The notes below the pieces were generated by a model. The model saw only the letters and a program-made list of their open reading frames with translations, was not told where the DNA came from and made no database searches. Of a DNA stretch of 64,000 nucleotides, positions 1-9,781 are shown piece after piece (the stretch's first letter is position 1; each line of letters begins with the position of its first letter). The translations under genes and the position numbers were made by a program. This stretch comes from Vampirovibrionaceae bacterium NZW_1234 (lineage in GTDB: Bacteria > Cyanobacteriota > Vampirovibrionia > Vampirovibrionales > JAGQHJ01). The DNA is taken from contig JBGUGD010000007.1 in the NCBI GenBank assembly GCA_041697335.1, positions 1-64,000 of the forward strand. The letters are read 5' to 3'.

Positions 1-916
1 CGTAATGGCCGAGCCCACCATTGTGGAGCCCAAGTTGGATGCGATTCAGGAAATTTATTACAGCGCCGTGTTGCATGGCATTGAAACCGGCGCCTTTCGG
101 GATCGCCAGGACCGACAAGATCGCCTAACGCCTTTGGTTCGTTTGCAGCAGATCTGCAACCACCCGGCCCTGGTCAAAAGTAACATTCCGCTGCCACCGG
201 GCAGTGGCAGTGTCAGTGGCATGGATGCCGAGGATTACTTGCCGCCGAAATTTCAACACTTGATCCGGTACATTGACGACCAGGTCCTGGCCAAAGGCGA
301 ACAGGCCGTTATTTTCTCCGAATACGCCGATACCCTTGATTTAGCACAGCGGCTTCTGGAAAAGCATTTAAAGCACTTGAACCCGCAAGTCCCCAATGCC
401 GGTCCCAAGCGCGTGGTCCTGACCGCCCATGCCAAGGTCCGAGGCGGGAGTGGTGCCAACGCCGATCTGGTAGATACCCGTATAGCGGCTTTCAAACGCC
501 AGCCCGATCAATTTCCCATCCTGGGTATTACCTACGGCACCGGCGGCGAGGGCCTGAACCTGCAAAACGCCAATCATGTCATCCTGCTGGATGAAGGTTG
601 GAACCCGGCGAAAGTGGATCAAGCCGTCAAGCGGGTCAATCGTCTTGGCCAGAAGAAAGTGCTCCACCTGGTGCGCTACAAGACCCAGCGGGAAGTCCCT
701 GCCGTGGGTGATGGCCCGACTCCTCAGCCTGTTGCGGCACCCACGGTGGAAGGCTTTAAAGATACGGTCAGACAAGAAAAACGAGCCATGGCCGGCAGCC
801 TCCTCAGCGCCCAAACCAGCGACAACGCCGTGATGACCAATCAAAGCATCATGGATCGCTTCCGTCGCGACGTTGCTCAACCTGCTGGTGGTGCCGATCC
901 TCAGCCTTCTTCGTAA
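1..916 (+). CDS. SNF2/SWI2-family helicase, C-terminal helicase domain (5' part lies outside the window)
   Basis: SNF2 motifs LVRLQQICNHP, AVIFSEY..TLDL and GGEGLNLQNANHVILLDEGWNPAKVDQAVKRVNRLGQ; frame open to the window edge. Confidence 0.9.
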   Translation, partial: VMAEPTIVEPKLDAIQEIYYSAVLHGIETGAFRDRQDRQDRLTPLVRLQQICNHPALVKSNIPLPPGSGSVSGMDAEDYLPPKFQHLIRYIDDQVLAKGEQAVIFSEYADTLDLAQRLLEKHLKHLNPQVPNAGPKRVVLTAHAKVRGGSGANADLVDTRIAAFKRQPDQFPILGITYGTGGEGLNLQNANHVILLDEGWNPAKVDQAVKRVNRLGQKKVLHLVRYKTQREVPAVGDGPTPQPVAAPTVEGFKDTVRQEKRAMAGSLLSAQTSDNAVMTNQSIMDRFRRDVAQPAGGADPQPSS

Positions 917-918
917 TT

Positions 919-1995
919 CTACGCCGGTAAATCGTTTTTCAGGATATCGTCCAGGGCGCGCCCAAAGTCTGCACGCACCTCCTCATCGCTGCTGCTGAGC
1001 AGATCGGCGGTGTAGCTCTCTTTTTTAGGAGAGACTTTACCTTCTAAGAGGGCACTGGCATCCACGTTTGCGCTGCCGCCCAATTCCTGGCAGACCAGAC
1101 CTTCCATTTTGTAGTCGTTGTTTTCTATGGTGTGTATCACGAGCGGGCGATTAAAAATTTCCGGGCAATACTTTTTTCCATATTGGAATAGCCCGTCTTT
1201 TAGGCGCGTTAACGCAGCAAATTCCCGGGTATCGACAAACCCGTCGCGATTGCGGTCGACGGTTTCAAACATCGTTGCTAGGCGTGCTCGACTTGAATGG
1301 AATTTAGCCGCAATATTATCGGGAACGGTAATAGAAGACACGGCTTGTTTGACATCCGCCATCATATCTGCAACGTAGTTGTCCACGCCGCCGTGATCGT
1401 TGATGTCCTCGACAATCGCCTGATTAATCATCTGTTTGCGCGCTGCATGATCATCCAGAAGTATGTTTTGCTCTGTTTCAGCGTCTGGTGTGTCCGCGTT
1501 ATGGAGGGCCACTTTGTTTTTGAAGTGATCGGCAAAGCTATACTTCGTTAATGTGAGAATAAACGTCATTTGTGCCTGAATCATCTTCATATAGGTTTTT
1601 AAGTCTTTTTTTCCCAGATGATGCATGCTCAGGAATTCTTCCTGAGCGAGGCCTTTATTAGGGTTCTGTGCAAAGCCCCGGATGTGTTCCTTGGAAAAGG
1701 CGAGCAGGTCGTGTCGGTAGTGATCACTGGGTGGTGTGTCGATGCTTAGGGGGCTTGTCGAAACAGGCGTAAAACGATAGGTGGGTAAATTATTTGTTAG
1801 CAGTTCCGGGCATTTTTGAAGGAGAACGACGCGACGCTGTCCCGCGTTGGCCCCATACCAACCCGGGCCGTATTGTTCGGCCGTGTATTGTTTGCCTGAA
1901 TAGGTCGGATTTCTAGAGAGGGCTCCGGTAATCAACATCGATTTCCACTTTCTCTGTGCTTGTGATCTGGTGGGGCCGAATTTAGTATCTTTCAA
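919..1995 (-). CDS. hypothetical protein with one EF-hand Ca2+-binding loop
   Basis: 358-aa ORF; canonical 12-residue loop DRNRDGFVDTRE; TTG start, in-frame TAG just upstream; N-terminus MKDTKFG. Confidence 0.7.
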   Translation of the reverse strand: MKDTKFGPTRSQAQRKWKSMLITGALSRNPTYSGKQYTAEQYGPGWYGANAGQRRVVLLQKCPELLTNNLPTYRFTPVSTSPLSIDTPPSDHYRHDLLAFSKEHIRGFAQNPNKGLAQEEFLSMHHLGKKDLKTYMKMIQAQMTFILTLTKYSFADHFKNKVALHNADTPDAETEQNILLDDHAARKQMINQAIVEDINDHGGVDNYVADMMADVKQAVSSITVPDNIAAKFHSSRARLATMFETVDRNRDGFVDTREFAALTRLKDGLFQYGKKYCPEIFNRPLVIHTIENNDYKMEGLVCQELGGSANVDASALLEGKVSPKKESYTADLLSSSDEEVRADFGRALDDILKNDLPA

Positions 1996-2257
1996 CCATA
2001 CATTCTATTTCTAAATAGTATGTGTTTCTCAAGCTTTCAAATTGCTTGGAAAGCCTCGATCAGTTTCATTTCGTAACAAAGCGTATATTGATACGGGCTC
2101 AGTGGGTTGTTTGTCATGATGTGTCAGCGAGGGGGGAGTCAGATATATATCAATAAGTCACTGTCAAAAGTTTGGCTTGACGTGTTTTAAGCCAAGCATC
2201 CTTTTCATAGTTATAGAAGTGGTGATTGTTGTACACGTTGGGCAAGGAGTATTCGGG

Positions 2258-3718
2258 ATGAGATTAGGAACGTCATTTTCATATGGTCATCTTCAAGCAT
2301 ATGGCACGTCTCAAACAGCTGTTCATTTTGGGCAGACCCCTGTCGACGAGGGGATTCCTCAGGCTGAACCACAGCCAAAAAAGCCGCAAGATACTCCTGC
2401 GGTGGACAAACCCAAGGCCAAAAGTATGTGGCGTTGGGCCTGGCCGACGGTGGTGGTGGTCTTGGCGACCTTGAACCTCCTTCAGGCACGCCACACGCTC
2501 AGTAAAAGTACGGATAAGCCGACTCCGTCAAAACCGACGGCCAATCTGGTTCAGGACCAGGCGGGGGCAGCGGTTTCCGATGCGAAGGAAGTGGTGACCC
2601 TTGAGGACGGCACGGTCAAAACCGAAGTTACCCAGCGCGCCGAATCGGGAGGGAAAATCGTCACCACATCGTTAAAAGAACCCAGCGGCGATGTTCGCAC
2701 CGAGCGCGTGGAATACGGTGAAGACGGCAAACGCCTGTCATCGGTAATGGATTTTGAAAATGCCAATTTTAAGCAGCACAAGGAAACCCAGTACTTTGCC
2801 AATGGCGGTGAATCTGTCATTCGTGACAAAACACAGATGACCAATGGTAATTATTATGAGACCACTCGCGAGTATACGCCGGAAGGGCGTCTCTACTCCA
2901 GCCAGTCCGTCTCAAAAACAGCCGACAGAGGGATTGAAATCGTCAAGCAGGAAAACTCCCGCGTACGTTCCAATGTGTGGACTACACGGTATCACCAGTC
3001 CACCAAGGAAATGAAACACGAAGTGTTTGAACATGTCCCTGATGGGGAGGCACAAAGCGGGGAATCCGCAAGGGAAATAAAGCAGTTGGTCCTGCGGGTG
3101 ACCCAAAAGTATCAGGCCAGCCCTGTTGAATCGTTTTCGCCCGAACAAGTCGATTTTGCAGCTTTTTCTCCGTCCCTTGGCAAATATCCGGATTTGAAAG
3201 GCCAGGATTCACAACAGGCAAAGCCATTGGAGCACCTCTGGGAATCTTTCCAGGGGGGACGTCCCCAGCGGACCAATCTGATGAAGTATTCCCCGGACAC
3301 AGGTCAAATCACCGAGCAGGTGACATCCACATGGTCGCCGAATGTCGAGACCGGTCGCGTGCATTACAGTCAGGAAAAAACAACCTACGGTCCCGATAAA
3401 AAATCCTTCACCGAGCGTACCCGAGCCGAAACATCCAGTAATGGCGGTATTATTTATATGGAAGACACGGCCACGAAAAGCAGTACCAGTTCGCATTGGT
3501 TCGGTATTCGGAAACAATATGACAGTCGCGGCTACCATCTCATTGAACGATCAAATTACAAAGAGTATAGTCTTGGCCGCTATAAAGACGGCAAGATCAG
3601 CAAGGAAGAATCCATTCAACGGTATTCCTCTTTCGGGAAAGACCCCATTCAGACCGAGACCCGGACACATTATTGGGATGGCCGTGTCGAGACGACCGCG
3701 ACGTCAGCCCAGAAGTAG
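2258..3718 (+). CDS. membrane-anchored hypothetical protein with beta-hairpin-type repeats
   Basis: AGGAG RBS before ATG 2258; one TM segment WAWPTVVVVLATLNLL; C-terminal T/E/Y/G-rich units (EYGEDGK, QYFANGG, EYTPEGR, TYGPDKK, HYWDGR). Confidence 0.7.
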   Translation: MRLGTSFSYGHLQAYGTSQTAVHFGQTPVDEGIPQAEPQPKKPQDTPAVDKPKAKSMWRWAWPTVVVVLATLNLLQARHTLSKSTDKPTPSKPTANLVQDQAGAAVSDAKEVVTLEDGTVKTEVTQRAESGGKIVTTSLKEPSGDVRTERVEYGEDGKRLSSVMDFENANFKQHKETQYFANGGESVIRDKTQMTNGNYYETTREYTPEGRLYSSQSVSKTADRGIEIVKQENSRVRSNVWTTRYHQSTKEMKHEVFEHVPDGEAQSGESAREIKQLVLRVTQKYQASPVESFSPEQVDFAAFSPSLGKYPDLKGQDSQQAKPLEHLWESFQGGRPQRTNLMKYSPDTGQITEQVTSTWSPNVETGRVHYSQEKTTYGPDKKSFTERTRAETSSNGGIIYMEDTATKSSTSSHWFGIRKQYDSRGYHLIERSNYKEYSLGRYKDGKISKEESIQRYSSFGKDPIQTETRTHYWDGRVETTATSAQK

Positions 3719-3725
3719 CGTCTGT

Positions 3726-4616
3726 TCAGACCTCCTTGGATGACTTGAAGTTGGCTTGATCGAGACCGTTTGGGAAAAGCATCACTGTGTGGGGGTATGT
3801 GATCTCAAGCCCCTGATCACCCAGTTCGGCCATGATTTGGGTAAGAACCTGGTTTGTGACTTTCAAGACGTTTTGCTGCAACGGCCGTGTCCAGAAATAG
3901 ACATCAATGGCCACAGAGAACGGGGTAATTTCATGAACATAAACCCACGGGCCTGGTGTTTGAAGAACGCCTTCTGTTCGATTCAGGACCTGGTGAATGA
4001 GTGTGTAGGCTTTCTCGTAATCATTTAAATAGGCTATCTCGACGTTTAGTCGAACGCGTCGTTTGTCATAGGCCGTAAGGACAACGACGGGATTGGTATA
4101 GATTTCGCCGTTGGGAATCACCACGCGCTCGCCATGATAAGTCTGAATGTAGGTTGAGCGGATGTTGATGTCCTCGACGGTGCCTTCAAACGATTTTGTT
4201 CGGATTTCGTCCCCGATTAAAAACGGTTTACGCCAGAGGATTAGGATACCGGCAAAGGAATTTTGTAAAATATCTTTCATGGCAAACCCAATGGCGATTG
4301 AGGTTATTCCAAGACCGGTGATCAGATTGCCCGGGCTAAATCCGGGAAAAATAACAACCGCAGCCACAAGGAGCCCCAGAACCACAGCCAGCGATGATGC
4401 CAAACTCCCCAGGATTTTCGCCAGGTTGACATCGAGTTTGGTTTTTTGACCGACTTTAGCAATGATTTTTTTCGCAATATGCCCGCAAATCAGGAAGAGG
4501 ATAAACACCAAAAGGCCCATGATGACAAATGGAGACCTGGCAATGACGAGCTCGATCATCTCTGCCGAGGTAACCCAGATCTTTTGTGTTGTCCATCCTG
4601 GAAGTTGGAATGCCAT
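3726..4616 (-). CDS. mscS: small-conductance mechanosensitive channel (MscS family)
   Basis: Three TM helices followed by GFAMKDILQNSFAG..PF.IGDEI....EGTVEDINIRST....G..VVIPN. Confidence 0.92.
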   Translation of the reverse strand: MAFQLPGWTTQKIWVTSAEMIELVIARSPFVIMGLLVFILFLICGHIAKKIIAKVGQKTKLDVNLAKILGSLASSLAVVLGLLVAAVVIFPGFSPGNLITGLGITSIAIGFAMKDILQNSFAGILILWRKPFLIGDEIRTKSFEGTVEDINIRSTYIQTYHGERVVIPNGEIYTNPVVVLTAYDKRRVRLNVEIAYLNDYEKAYTLIHQVLNRTEGVLQTPGPWVYVHEITPFSVAIDVYFWTRPLQQNVLKVTNQVLTQIMAELGDQGLEITYPHTVMLFPNGLDQANFKSSKEV

Positions 4617-4792
4617 ATTGCTCCTTGCAACCCAGATGGTTTGGGCTATTTGCTCAAAAGGACCCGATAGTTAGCATACTGGAGCTTGTTGTCCCAGACA
4701 TTCCCCTACCCTGGCAATTCGGTTTTGTGGCAAACGTTTCCTGACGGTATTCATTGATTTAGAAGGCGTTTTAAACCTCTAGCAGAGAATGC

Positions 4793-5695
4793 CTAACTGG
4801 CCCATACGACGTTTTTCGCGTTTTTGACCAACAGCACCGGTTGATTTGCTTTTTCATAAACTTTCTGACTGGTGCTTCCTAGCAGGGCCTTGGTGAGCCC
4901 GTGCCCAATGGAGCCGATAACAATGTAGTTTACGTTTTGCTCAGCGGCATACCGACAAATGCCAGCCACCGGATCATCAACAATCGATTCCGCATGGACG
5001 GTTTGAAACCCCTGGCTCTTTAAGTACCGTTTGGCCACATCGACAATACGTTGAGACTCGTAATACCGACGCAGGGAATCCTCAATGCCAATATCCATCT
5101 CTATCACATGGAGCAGATAAAACCGGGTACTTGCATTGTTTAAAAATCGCGTGACCCACTCCAATGTTTCGCGACTGCCTTCAGAGTCGTCAAGGGGCAG
5201 CAACACGTTATTCACGGTTTTTGAGTCTCTGCTGTTTTGACAGATCGATAAATGCTCTGTCCCTGGTGGATAACTCATCTTCAAGGCCGGTTTTTCACTG
5301 GTTTCCAACAGCAGAACCTGGGCCGTACAATCCTTGAAGACGGTTTGACTGACACTGCCAATGGTAAGCCGGGACAAGCCTTTACGCTGATTGGTCGCCA
5401 TAATGATTTGTTGGATGTCAAAATGGTTTACAAAATCACAGATGGTCGCCGCAGGATCGCCGTAGAGTTCCGTGACCTGGGCGACGTCAAACCCGTGTTT
5501 TTCCAGAAATGCTTTTGCATCTTCTAGCAGGTTTTGGCTCTTACGCGTGATTTGCTCTGTGATACGGACATCGGCCGTATCTTCCACAACGTTCAAAACA
5601 TACGCCTCTGTATGGTCCTTATCCAAAAAGAGCGATGCCCATTGCAAGGTTAATAGTGAACTCTCTGATCCGTCAACCGGCAGTAAAATTTTCAT
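4793..5695 (-). CDS. tandem universal stress protein (two USP domains)
   Basis: KILLPVDGS...IGSVSQTV and VLLPLDDS...GSIG..LLGSTSQKV. Confidence 0.9.
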   Translation of the reverse strand: MKILLPVDGSESSLLTLQWASLFLDKDHTEAYVLNVVEDTADVRITEQITRKSQNLLEDAKAFLEKHGFDVAQVTELYGDPAATICDFVNHFDIQQIIMATNQRKGLSRLTIGSVSQTVFKDCTAQVLLLETSEKPALKMSYPPGTEHLSICQNSRDSKTVNNVLLPLDDSEGSRETLEWVTRFLNNASTRFYLLHVIEMDIGIEDSLRRYYESQRIVDVAKRYLKSQGFQTVHAESIVDDPVAGICRYAAEQNVNYIVIGSIGHGLTKALLGSTSQKVYEKANQPVLLVKNAKNVVWAS

Positions 5696-6620
5696 TGGTC
5701 TTTAACCCCATTGAATCCTGTTTCGTTGCCGCATTGGCAACGCCAGCGTCATCCGATTGAACATAGCTGTCCTGGGTGTTATTGATGACAAGGACCGGTC
5801 GGTTTGAACATTTCAGAATCCCTTGTGTGACGCTGCCCATGAGCACTTTTTCGATCCCCTGGTCGCCATGTGATCCGATGATTATCTCATCAATATCATG
5901 TTCGTCAGCATAATTGCAAGAGGCGGTAATGGGTGAGCCCACAAGGCATTGTGTCGTTGTTTTAAACCCATGATCCCGGAAAAAAGCCTCTGCTTGTGTT
6001 AATGCCTGGTCGGATTCGGAAAACTCCGGATACCGGTAGCCTCCCTCTGGGCTGTAGCTATAGGCATGAAGCAGGTGAATGTCATGGGTGTCTGCATCCA
6101 GAAATCGAACGGCCCAGCGCAAGGTTTGCCAACAGCCATCAGAGCCATCCACGGGCAATAGCACCCGTCGGCCTTCAGTGGTCTTCTGCATCTTCAAACC
6201 CCGTTCGAAGACCGAACCCGACAGGTTATTCAGCAACAATACCGGCTGAGCGGCACATTGAAGCACGCCTTTACTCACGCTGCCCATAATAAATTTGGCC
6301 AGGCGGGTTTTGCCGTGTGACCCAATCAGGATCTGATCGATCCCAGTATTGTTGGCATAGTCGCAAATCACCTCAGCGGGGTTACCCAGCACACAGGTGG
6401 TATCTACAACGTTCATCCCGCGTTGGGCGAGCATCGCCTTTTCATGGTCCAGCACGCGTCTGGCTTTCTCCACGGATTCTTCCTGAACAAAGGCGTCCAC
6501 TCGTTTGGGAACCACGCAGAGCAGGTAAATCTCCGTGGTTTGGGGAGCAAACAGTTGGGTTGCCCATTGCAGGGTCAGTTGCGAGGCTTCGGAACCATCT
6601 GTGGGAAGTAATAGTTTCAT
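5673..6620 (-). CDS. tandem universal stress protein (two USP domains)
   Basis: KLLLPTDGS...GSHG..IMGSVS and VLLPVDGS...GSHG..LMGSVT (ATP-binding USP motif); GGAG RBS. Confidence 0.92.
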   Translation of the reverse strand: MKLLLPTDGSEASQLTLQWATQLFAPQTTEIYLLCVVPKRVDAFVQEESVEKARRVLDHEKAMLAQRGMNVVDTTCVLGNPAEVICDYANNTGIDQILIGSHGKTRLAKFIMGSVSKGVLQCAAQPVLLLNNLSGSVFERGLKMQKTTEGRRVLLPVDGSDGCWQTLRWAVRFLDADTHDIHLLHAYSYSPEGGYRYPEFSESDQALTQAEAFFRDHGFKTTTQCLVGSPITASCNYADEHDIDEIIIGSHGDQGIEKVLMGSVTQGILKCSNRPVLVINNTQDSYVQSDDAGVANAATKQDSMGLKTNENFTAG

Positions 6621-6805
6621 AGCATCTTCTCCTCTCTGTCTCCTGAGGTTTAAGCATCAGGCCCATGGTGTGTTTTCTGGTATAGTTCGTGAAACCCGAT
6701 GGGGTTTATGACCAATGCATAAAAGAGTTATTGTAATTCATGACCTCCCAAATCCCCCTATCGATGTGGGTAATAGTCCAACCGTGCTCAAACACGGGGG
6801 ACAGA

Positions 6806-9622
6806 CTAGCGACGTTGCGTATTCATCGTCTCGGCGTGATATTCCGGCTTGCTTCGGAACAACTTAAATATTTCAACGGCGAAAAGCACAATAGAGGCCA
6901 GGCAGAACAACTGGAACCACTTGTGCAAGCTCACCGGCGAGAGCCCTAAAATGTCCTGAAACAACGGTGTGTTCATGGCCGTCACGTGGAAGAGATGGGC
7001 CACAATGACGCCAATCACCAGAACATAATTGTTTTTTATCGGCACCGCAAAGGCCGAATGATATTCCGAGCGGCTGTTAAAGGCATGATAGTTTTCCAGC
7101 AACACCAGGGTCAGCAGGGTCGTATTTCGGGCTGACTCAATATCGGAGCCCGATGAAATGAGCCAGTAGAATACGCTAAAACACACCAAGCCCATGGTCA
7201 TCCCGGGCACCAGGGTTTGCATAATCATGGCCCGGTTAAACAGACTTTCTGTGGGTTTGTGAGGAGGTCGTTTCATCACCTCGTGCTCACCTTTTTCAAA
7301 CGCCAATCCAACGTCCTGGATCCCGCTGGTCACCAGATTCGCCCATAAAATCTGGACCGGCAGCAACGGAAGCGGCAGGTTAAACAGAAGGGTCATCATA
7401 AACAGAATTATTTCGGCGGTTCCGTTGGAGATTAAAAACCAGATGACCTTTCGGACATTGGCATAGGCGAAGCGTCCTTCTTCCACCCCGGCTTCGATGC
7501 TGGCAAAATTATCATTGGTCACGATAATCGAGGAAATATCCTTGGTAATATCAGACCCGGAGCCCATCGCCACGCCGATGTTGGCCTTGCGCAATGCGGG
7601 TGCATCATTCACACCATCGCCTGTCACCGCTACAAAATGCCCTTGGTTCATCAAGGTCTCGACAATCTCTACTTTTTGCAAGGGAGAGACACGTGCAAAC
7701 ACGCGAACCGATTCAATCTTTTCGGTGCAGTTGTTCGAGTCCACGGAACAGAACTGGGCTAACTGTTGGCCGGAGATCACATCCTCTTTGGACCGGGCAA
7801 TCTTGAGTTCCTTGGCGATGGCCAGGGCGGTTGCCGGATGGTCGCCGGTGACCATGGCAATTTCGATACCGGCTTCTTGACACTTTGCAACGGCTTCCTT
7901 GGCTTCGGGCCTTAGCGGGTCGATCATCCCGATATACCCCAGCAGCGTTAAAGGCGGAATATCCGATTCTTTCGGGTGCATCGCCTGATCCGGCGTCAAC
8001 GGTGCTTCGCCCGAGGCAATGGCCAGAACCCGGTAACCGGCTTCGGCCATTTCGTGCGCCTGTTTTTCCATGGCGGAAAGATCAATGGGCACGACCCCGT
8101 TGCCGGTCATCATATACTGGCAGAAAGGTAGAATTCGTTCACCAGCCCCTTTTACAGCGACCATGGGGCCACGGTCCTCCTGGTAAAACGAGGCTGCGTA
8201 ACCGCGCTCGGATTCGTAAGGAATGATCCCCAAGGGGGTAATGCTCTGACGGACTGCGCTTGGCTTAAGTCCCAACTTATAGGCGAAGGCCAAAATCGTA
8301 ATGTCCACGGCGTCGCCTTGGTGCACCCACTGATTATCGGCCACTTGATAGTTCAATTCCCCTTCGTTACAAATAACCCCTGCTTTTGCCAGTTGGGCCA
8401 GACGAGCGAATTGCGCTTCATCCAGCCTCGCTTTGGTGTCGGTCTCAACGATGCCTTCGCCGGTGTACCCGTCACCCGTCACGTTAAAGCGTGTCCCTTC
8501 GGGCAAGGTAACCTGGCGTAGCGATTGTTTGTTGACGGTCAGCGTCCCTGTTTTGTCACTCACGATATAGGTGCAGCTGCCCAGGCCTTCCACGGCGGGA
8601 AGTTTGCGCACAATTACATTGCGCTTCGCCATGCGTTGTGTGGCAATGGACAGAGCCACGGTCATGGCGACAGGCAGTCCTTCAGGAATGGCAGACACGG
8701 CAAGCGCAATGGCCAGAAAAACAGCATCAATAGCGGAGACGCCTTTGACGACAGCAAAAATGGCCAACACCCCACAACTGGCCAAGATAATAAAGGCGAC
8801 CCGCTGTGTAAATTCTTCCATGCGAATCAGCAAGGGTGTTTTCGAAATTTTTGCTCCACTAACGGATTGCGCAATTCGCCCCATTTCAGTTTGAAAGCCG
8901 GTCTCAACAGTTACTCCGACCCCTCGGCCTTTTACCACGACGGACCCGGCATAGGCAATGTTTGTCCGATCGCCTACCGGCAGGCCCGGGTCTTGCAAAG
9001 CGCCCGTTATTTTCTCAACCGGCACTGATTCGCCGGTCAGCAGAGCTTCGTCGATGGCCAGGTTATTGGTGTCCAAAAGCCTTAAATCCGCTGGGACTTT
9101 ATTCCCCGATTCCAGGTAGACAATATCGCCCGGCACGAGTTGTTCGTGGGATACCTCATGTTTTTCGCCATCACGTAGCACGTGGGCTTGGGCTTTAACG
9201 AGGTTCTGCAAGGCGGCGGCCCCTTTTTCCGCCTTCCACTCCTGAAACGTCCCCAGGGTTGCGTTCAACAAAAGCACGGCCATAATAAACGAGGCGTCCT
9301 TGGCATCCCCAATGGCTATGGAAATAATCGCTGCAAGAAACAAAATGTAGATGAGCGGGCTTTTAAACTGATGCAGAAATATTTCCCCGACCGAGGGCGG
9401 GCGCTTCACCGGCAGTGTGTTCAATCCGTATTGTTCAATGCGTTCTTGTACCTGTTGAGACGTGAGCCCATGTTGGAGGTTTGTGTGGGTTTGGGCCACC
9501 ACCTCGTCGACTGGTAATGTATGCCACGCAGTCGTTTTCTCGGTGAGGGATTTCATTGTGACTCCCGTTGGTTTTGTTGCAGCACGGAGCGACTTTCGCG
9601 TTTTCGCATCTATTTTTGTCAT
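6806..9622 (-). CDS. P-type cation-transporting ATPase (type II, Ca2+/cation, CtpF/PacL-like)
   Basis: LTGES, PEGLP, DKTGTLT (phospho-Asp), KGA, DPLR, TGD, TGDGVNDAPAL; GGAGAGG RBS. Confidence 0.96.
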   Translation of the reverse strand: MTKIDAKTRKSLRAATKPTGVTMKSLTEKTTAWHTLPVDEVVAQTHTNLQHGLTSQQVQERIEQYGLNTLPVKRPPSVGEIFLHQFKSPLIYILFLAAIISIAIGDAKDASFIMAVLLLNATLGTFQEWKAEKGAAALQNLVKAQAHVLRDGEKHEVSHEQLVPGDIVYLESGNKVPADLRLLDTNNLAIDEALLTGESVPVEKITGALQDPGLPVGDRTNIAYAGSVVVKGRGVGVTVETGFQTEMGRIAQSVSGAKISKTPLLIRMEEFTQRVAFIILASCGVLAIFAVVKGVSAIDAVFLAIALAVSAIPEGLPVAMTVALSIATQRMAKRNVIVRKLPAVEGLGSCTYIVSDKTGTLTVNKQSLRQVTLPEGTRFNVTGDGYTGEGIVETDTKARLDEAQFARLAQLAKAGVICNEGELNYQVADNQWVHQGDAVDITILAFAYKLGLKPSAVRQSITPLGIIPYESERGYAASFYQEDRGPMVAVKGAGERILPFCQYMMTGNGVVPIDLSAMEKQAHEMAEAGYRVLAIASGEAPLTPDQAMHPKESDIPPLTLLGYIGMIDPLRPEAKEAVAKCQEAGIEIAMVTGDHPATALAIAKELKIARSKEDVISGQQLAQFCSVDSNNCTEKIESVRVFARVSPLQKVEIVETLMNQGHFVAVTGDGVNDAPALRKANIGVAMGSGSDITKDISSIIVTNDNFASIEAGVEEGRFAYANVRKVIWFLISNGTAEIILFMMTLLFNLPLPLLPVQILWANLVTSGIQDVGLAFEKGEHEVMKRPPHKPTESLFNRAMIMQTLVPGMTMGLVCFSVFYWLISSGSDIESARNTTLLTLVLLENYHAFNSRSEYHSAFAVPIKNNYVLVIGVIVAHLFHVTAMNTPLFQDILGLSPVSLHKWFQLFCLASIVLFAVEIFKLFRSKPEYHAETMNTQRR

Positions 9623-9781
9623 AAAGTCCTCTCCAAAGCAATCCCAGGCTCTTCCATGCTATGCCAGAATACTTGGCCACGCTATTGCCTGATGGTGTAA
9701 GTCTTTCCCAGGCGAAAATCCGACGCTTTCTCGTGTTACGTCAGTGAAACGTCGCCATTTTGTCAGTGAGCGTTCGGGGTT